Shown here: in pieces, positions 61,336 to 64,000 of the stretch
Layout: each line of letters opens with the position of its first letter
Numbering within the stretch: the stretch's first letter is position 1
Origin: Octopus sinensis
Lineage: Eukaryota
DNA: 64,000 nt
Assembly: GCF_006345805.1 (NCBI RefSeq)
Contig: NC_043001.1
Location: 41,850,001-41,914,000 of the forward strand
Direction: 5' to 3'
Made by a program: the position numbers and the translations under genes
Notes under the pieces: model-generated
Database searches by the model: none
What the model was told of the DNA's origin: nothing
Seen by the model: only the letters and a program-made list of their open reading frames with translations

Positions 61336-64000
61336 ATCTGGAAGGAAACTGCAGTTATTAATAAGACGGTTGAAATTAATGCTTGTAAGATTTTATAGCT
61401 TCATCATCACTCCTTTATAGTCAGCCTATGTACTTTTCGGCCCACCCTCATAAAACTTAACTTACATTCTAATGGGATTGCATTACTGTTGATATTTATG
61501 AATATTACCACTTTCCCATGTTGGATAAACATGCTACTTACAATTTCTGCATCTTTAAAGTTTGCTGTTGGTTTTGAGTTAAGCACAGACTGACACTTCA
61601 AGATGTTTTGTAAGGAATTAGTTTTATGCTTAAGTTTCCATTCTTACATGGGTTGAGCAAGTTTCATTGCTTGCATCATCTTGCATATAGCACAAAACCT
61701 GCTGGCTTTGTTTTATGTTTTGCGCTGGGTATATTTTCTTGTAATAACACTACCCTGTATTACTGTTTAATTGAGGTTGCTGTCTTTGGGTGACCTGTTG
61801 TGACTTGCAGGCTCCACATATATCTGTGCGCATGCAGATAACTGTGCCACAGTGGCTTGGTACATTGTTATCCTTCGTGCAACATATATACTTTTGTAAC
61901 AAAGTGGTAAGAATAATCAGCAGCTTAATTGTAGCTTTGTCAGTTGCAAAATGAATTAATGCGCTTTCTATGGGTATTTGAGAAAACACAACACGTGTTT
62001 TTGTATTTTCCACCTTTAAAAACATTGCAACACCTGCACTAAATACACTGAAGCTATTTTTTGCACCTACAAGTTGTCTGAAACCTGTTCTCTACATGGT
62101 TTGCCAATATTGGAAAATCAAAGTTTTTAGCTTGTGCAATACTATCCCAAATTATCCACTCTAGACACAAATTTAGGAAGTACCAAACTGGCGCTAGTTA
62201 ACATTTGGAACCATTGCATCACTACCTCTCTTCTCCATACCATTTGCTTAAGTTTACATATACCATAAAAAGCCATGTAATTTAACACAAAAATAAAATT
62301 TAGGAGTACGTAAATTACATGAACAAATTTTTTGGGGCCTTTTTTTCTTTTTTTTTTCATAAAGATTTACAAAACAAACATTTGTACCAAAAGTTGACTC
62401 ATTTAATGTCAGAGTAGGTTTTTACAGAAAAAATAAGGGCTTAAATATAATGAAGCTGACTTTATTTATGTTGGGTGGTATAATGCTTCCTTTTTCTCTA
62501 TAAATTTACTAAAACCATTACATTGCTGGTAATCACATTCCTCAGTCAAACAGTCCAACCCATGCCAGCATGGAAAGTGGAGGTTAAATGATGTTGATGA
62601 TTTCCTATGATAGTGATTTGAGAAGGCATACAACAGTATGCTAAAGATCAGACTTAGTCTCTTGACAAGAAATGTAAAATAAAGTTTAATAATATCTAAT
62701 CATAAGTGAAATTATGCTAAATACAAATAAATTGAAAACCTTTTCTCCCTGGCCGGCAATTCTGAAAACTTTTGGGTGTGAATTTTACATATCCTAAAAA
62801 TCACCTGCATAAATTACACAGGTATGCAAATTACATGAGTTTTTACAGTAAAACCTTTGGTGATTGCCCTCGAATTTGGCTGCTTTTTGCCTTTGTATTT
62901 GTATGTACACACAAAACATGATGCATTCACTTATTAATCATATAAAATCCAACCAATGTCACTGCTGAATATACCATGTTTCTGGGTTTGGTCTTACTGT
63001 ATAACAACCTTGGGCAAGTGTCATTAGCTATAGTCTTGGGTTGACCAAACACCTATGGTTAGATTTAAGAGATAGAAACTGAAAGAAGCTCATTGTGCAT
63101 GTGTTTCATTGTCTTGACATTACCTGATGGTTGTAAATGTCATCATCATAAAAATGGTGTGCTTTGTTTCCAACTACCTGTGAAAATATGTCCCACCATA
63201 AGGAAAACCTATGCTTGCAAACAGGTGTGGTTTGATGACAGGATATGCATCCAGCCATAGAAAATCTGCTTCATTGAATTGTTTGACCTATGCAAGCATG
63301 GAATAGTGGTTATAGATATAATGATGTGGCAATTATTTACCTATATTTTTGCATGATTCTTCTTTTTTAAATTTTGCCTTTTTTATTTTGTATGTTCTAG
63401 GTTCTTCATATTCATAATGTTTTTGCTTTGTGATGTTCTGTCTTTCATATGGCCTTGCGTAAGCTATTATGTTAATTACTGAGTTTTATTATATTTGGTA
63501 GGAAATTTGTACAACCTCTTCAGATATCTTTGGTTTTCATAGCTTTTTATCTTTTTTTTATTGGTTGTTGTTTGTCTTCCTCTGACATTTGTCTTTCCTT
63601 ATCTGTTTTAAAACTGAAGTAACTTGATGTTTAAAAAATCAAAGCTCACCAAATAGGTTTTTTTTCTTTTCTTTCCCTGTATGGAAAAAAGACTTAAGAA
63701 CTTATCCCTTTCCCCTCACTTTGAGAATAAGTGAAAGTGAAGATCAATGTTAAAAATTGAAACAAAAAATTAACCCTATCTCAGAACTTGTTTTGGTAAG
63801 TTGTGTGAAAGGACTGAGTGTAATATTGAAGTGAATTTACTCTAGATGTAATTGTGGATGTGTGTGTATATACATACGATGAAATATATATGTGTGTGTA
63901 TATATATATATATATATTTATATATAATGATTAAGTATTTGACTATGGCCATATTGGCATCACCTTGAAGGGTGGAATCGACCCCAGAACTTTTTTTGAA

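Overview
AT-rich animal genomic DNA; the repeat families look octopus/cephalopod-like (inference from recalled repeat motifs). Two host genes lie head-to-head. ZSWIM8 is on the minus strand: 9 coding exons traced with canonical splice sites and consistent phase, 1489 nt, a ~34.6 kb first intron, and the gene continues past the left edge. RPS14 is on the plus strand: a non-coding 5'TOP-type exon and coding exon 2; exon 3 was not found in the window. The rest is mostly mobile DNA (RTE, CR1-like, Penelope-like, mariner, hAT, Helitron, MITEs, SINEs) and very long (TA)n arrays. The most notable non-obvious elements are: (1) four C/D-box snoRNAs of SNORD55/U55 type, with a guide to 28S UCUCCAAGGUGA, inside one RPS14 intron, three of them made by ~900-bp tandem duplication; (2) a 167-bp-arm palindrome holding two minimal type-I hammerhead ribozymes, one intact and one with a single core deletion; (3) a near-intact RTE ORF sandwiched between two Helitron-like 5' segments. 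All alignments and counts were done by eye.
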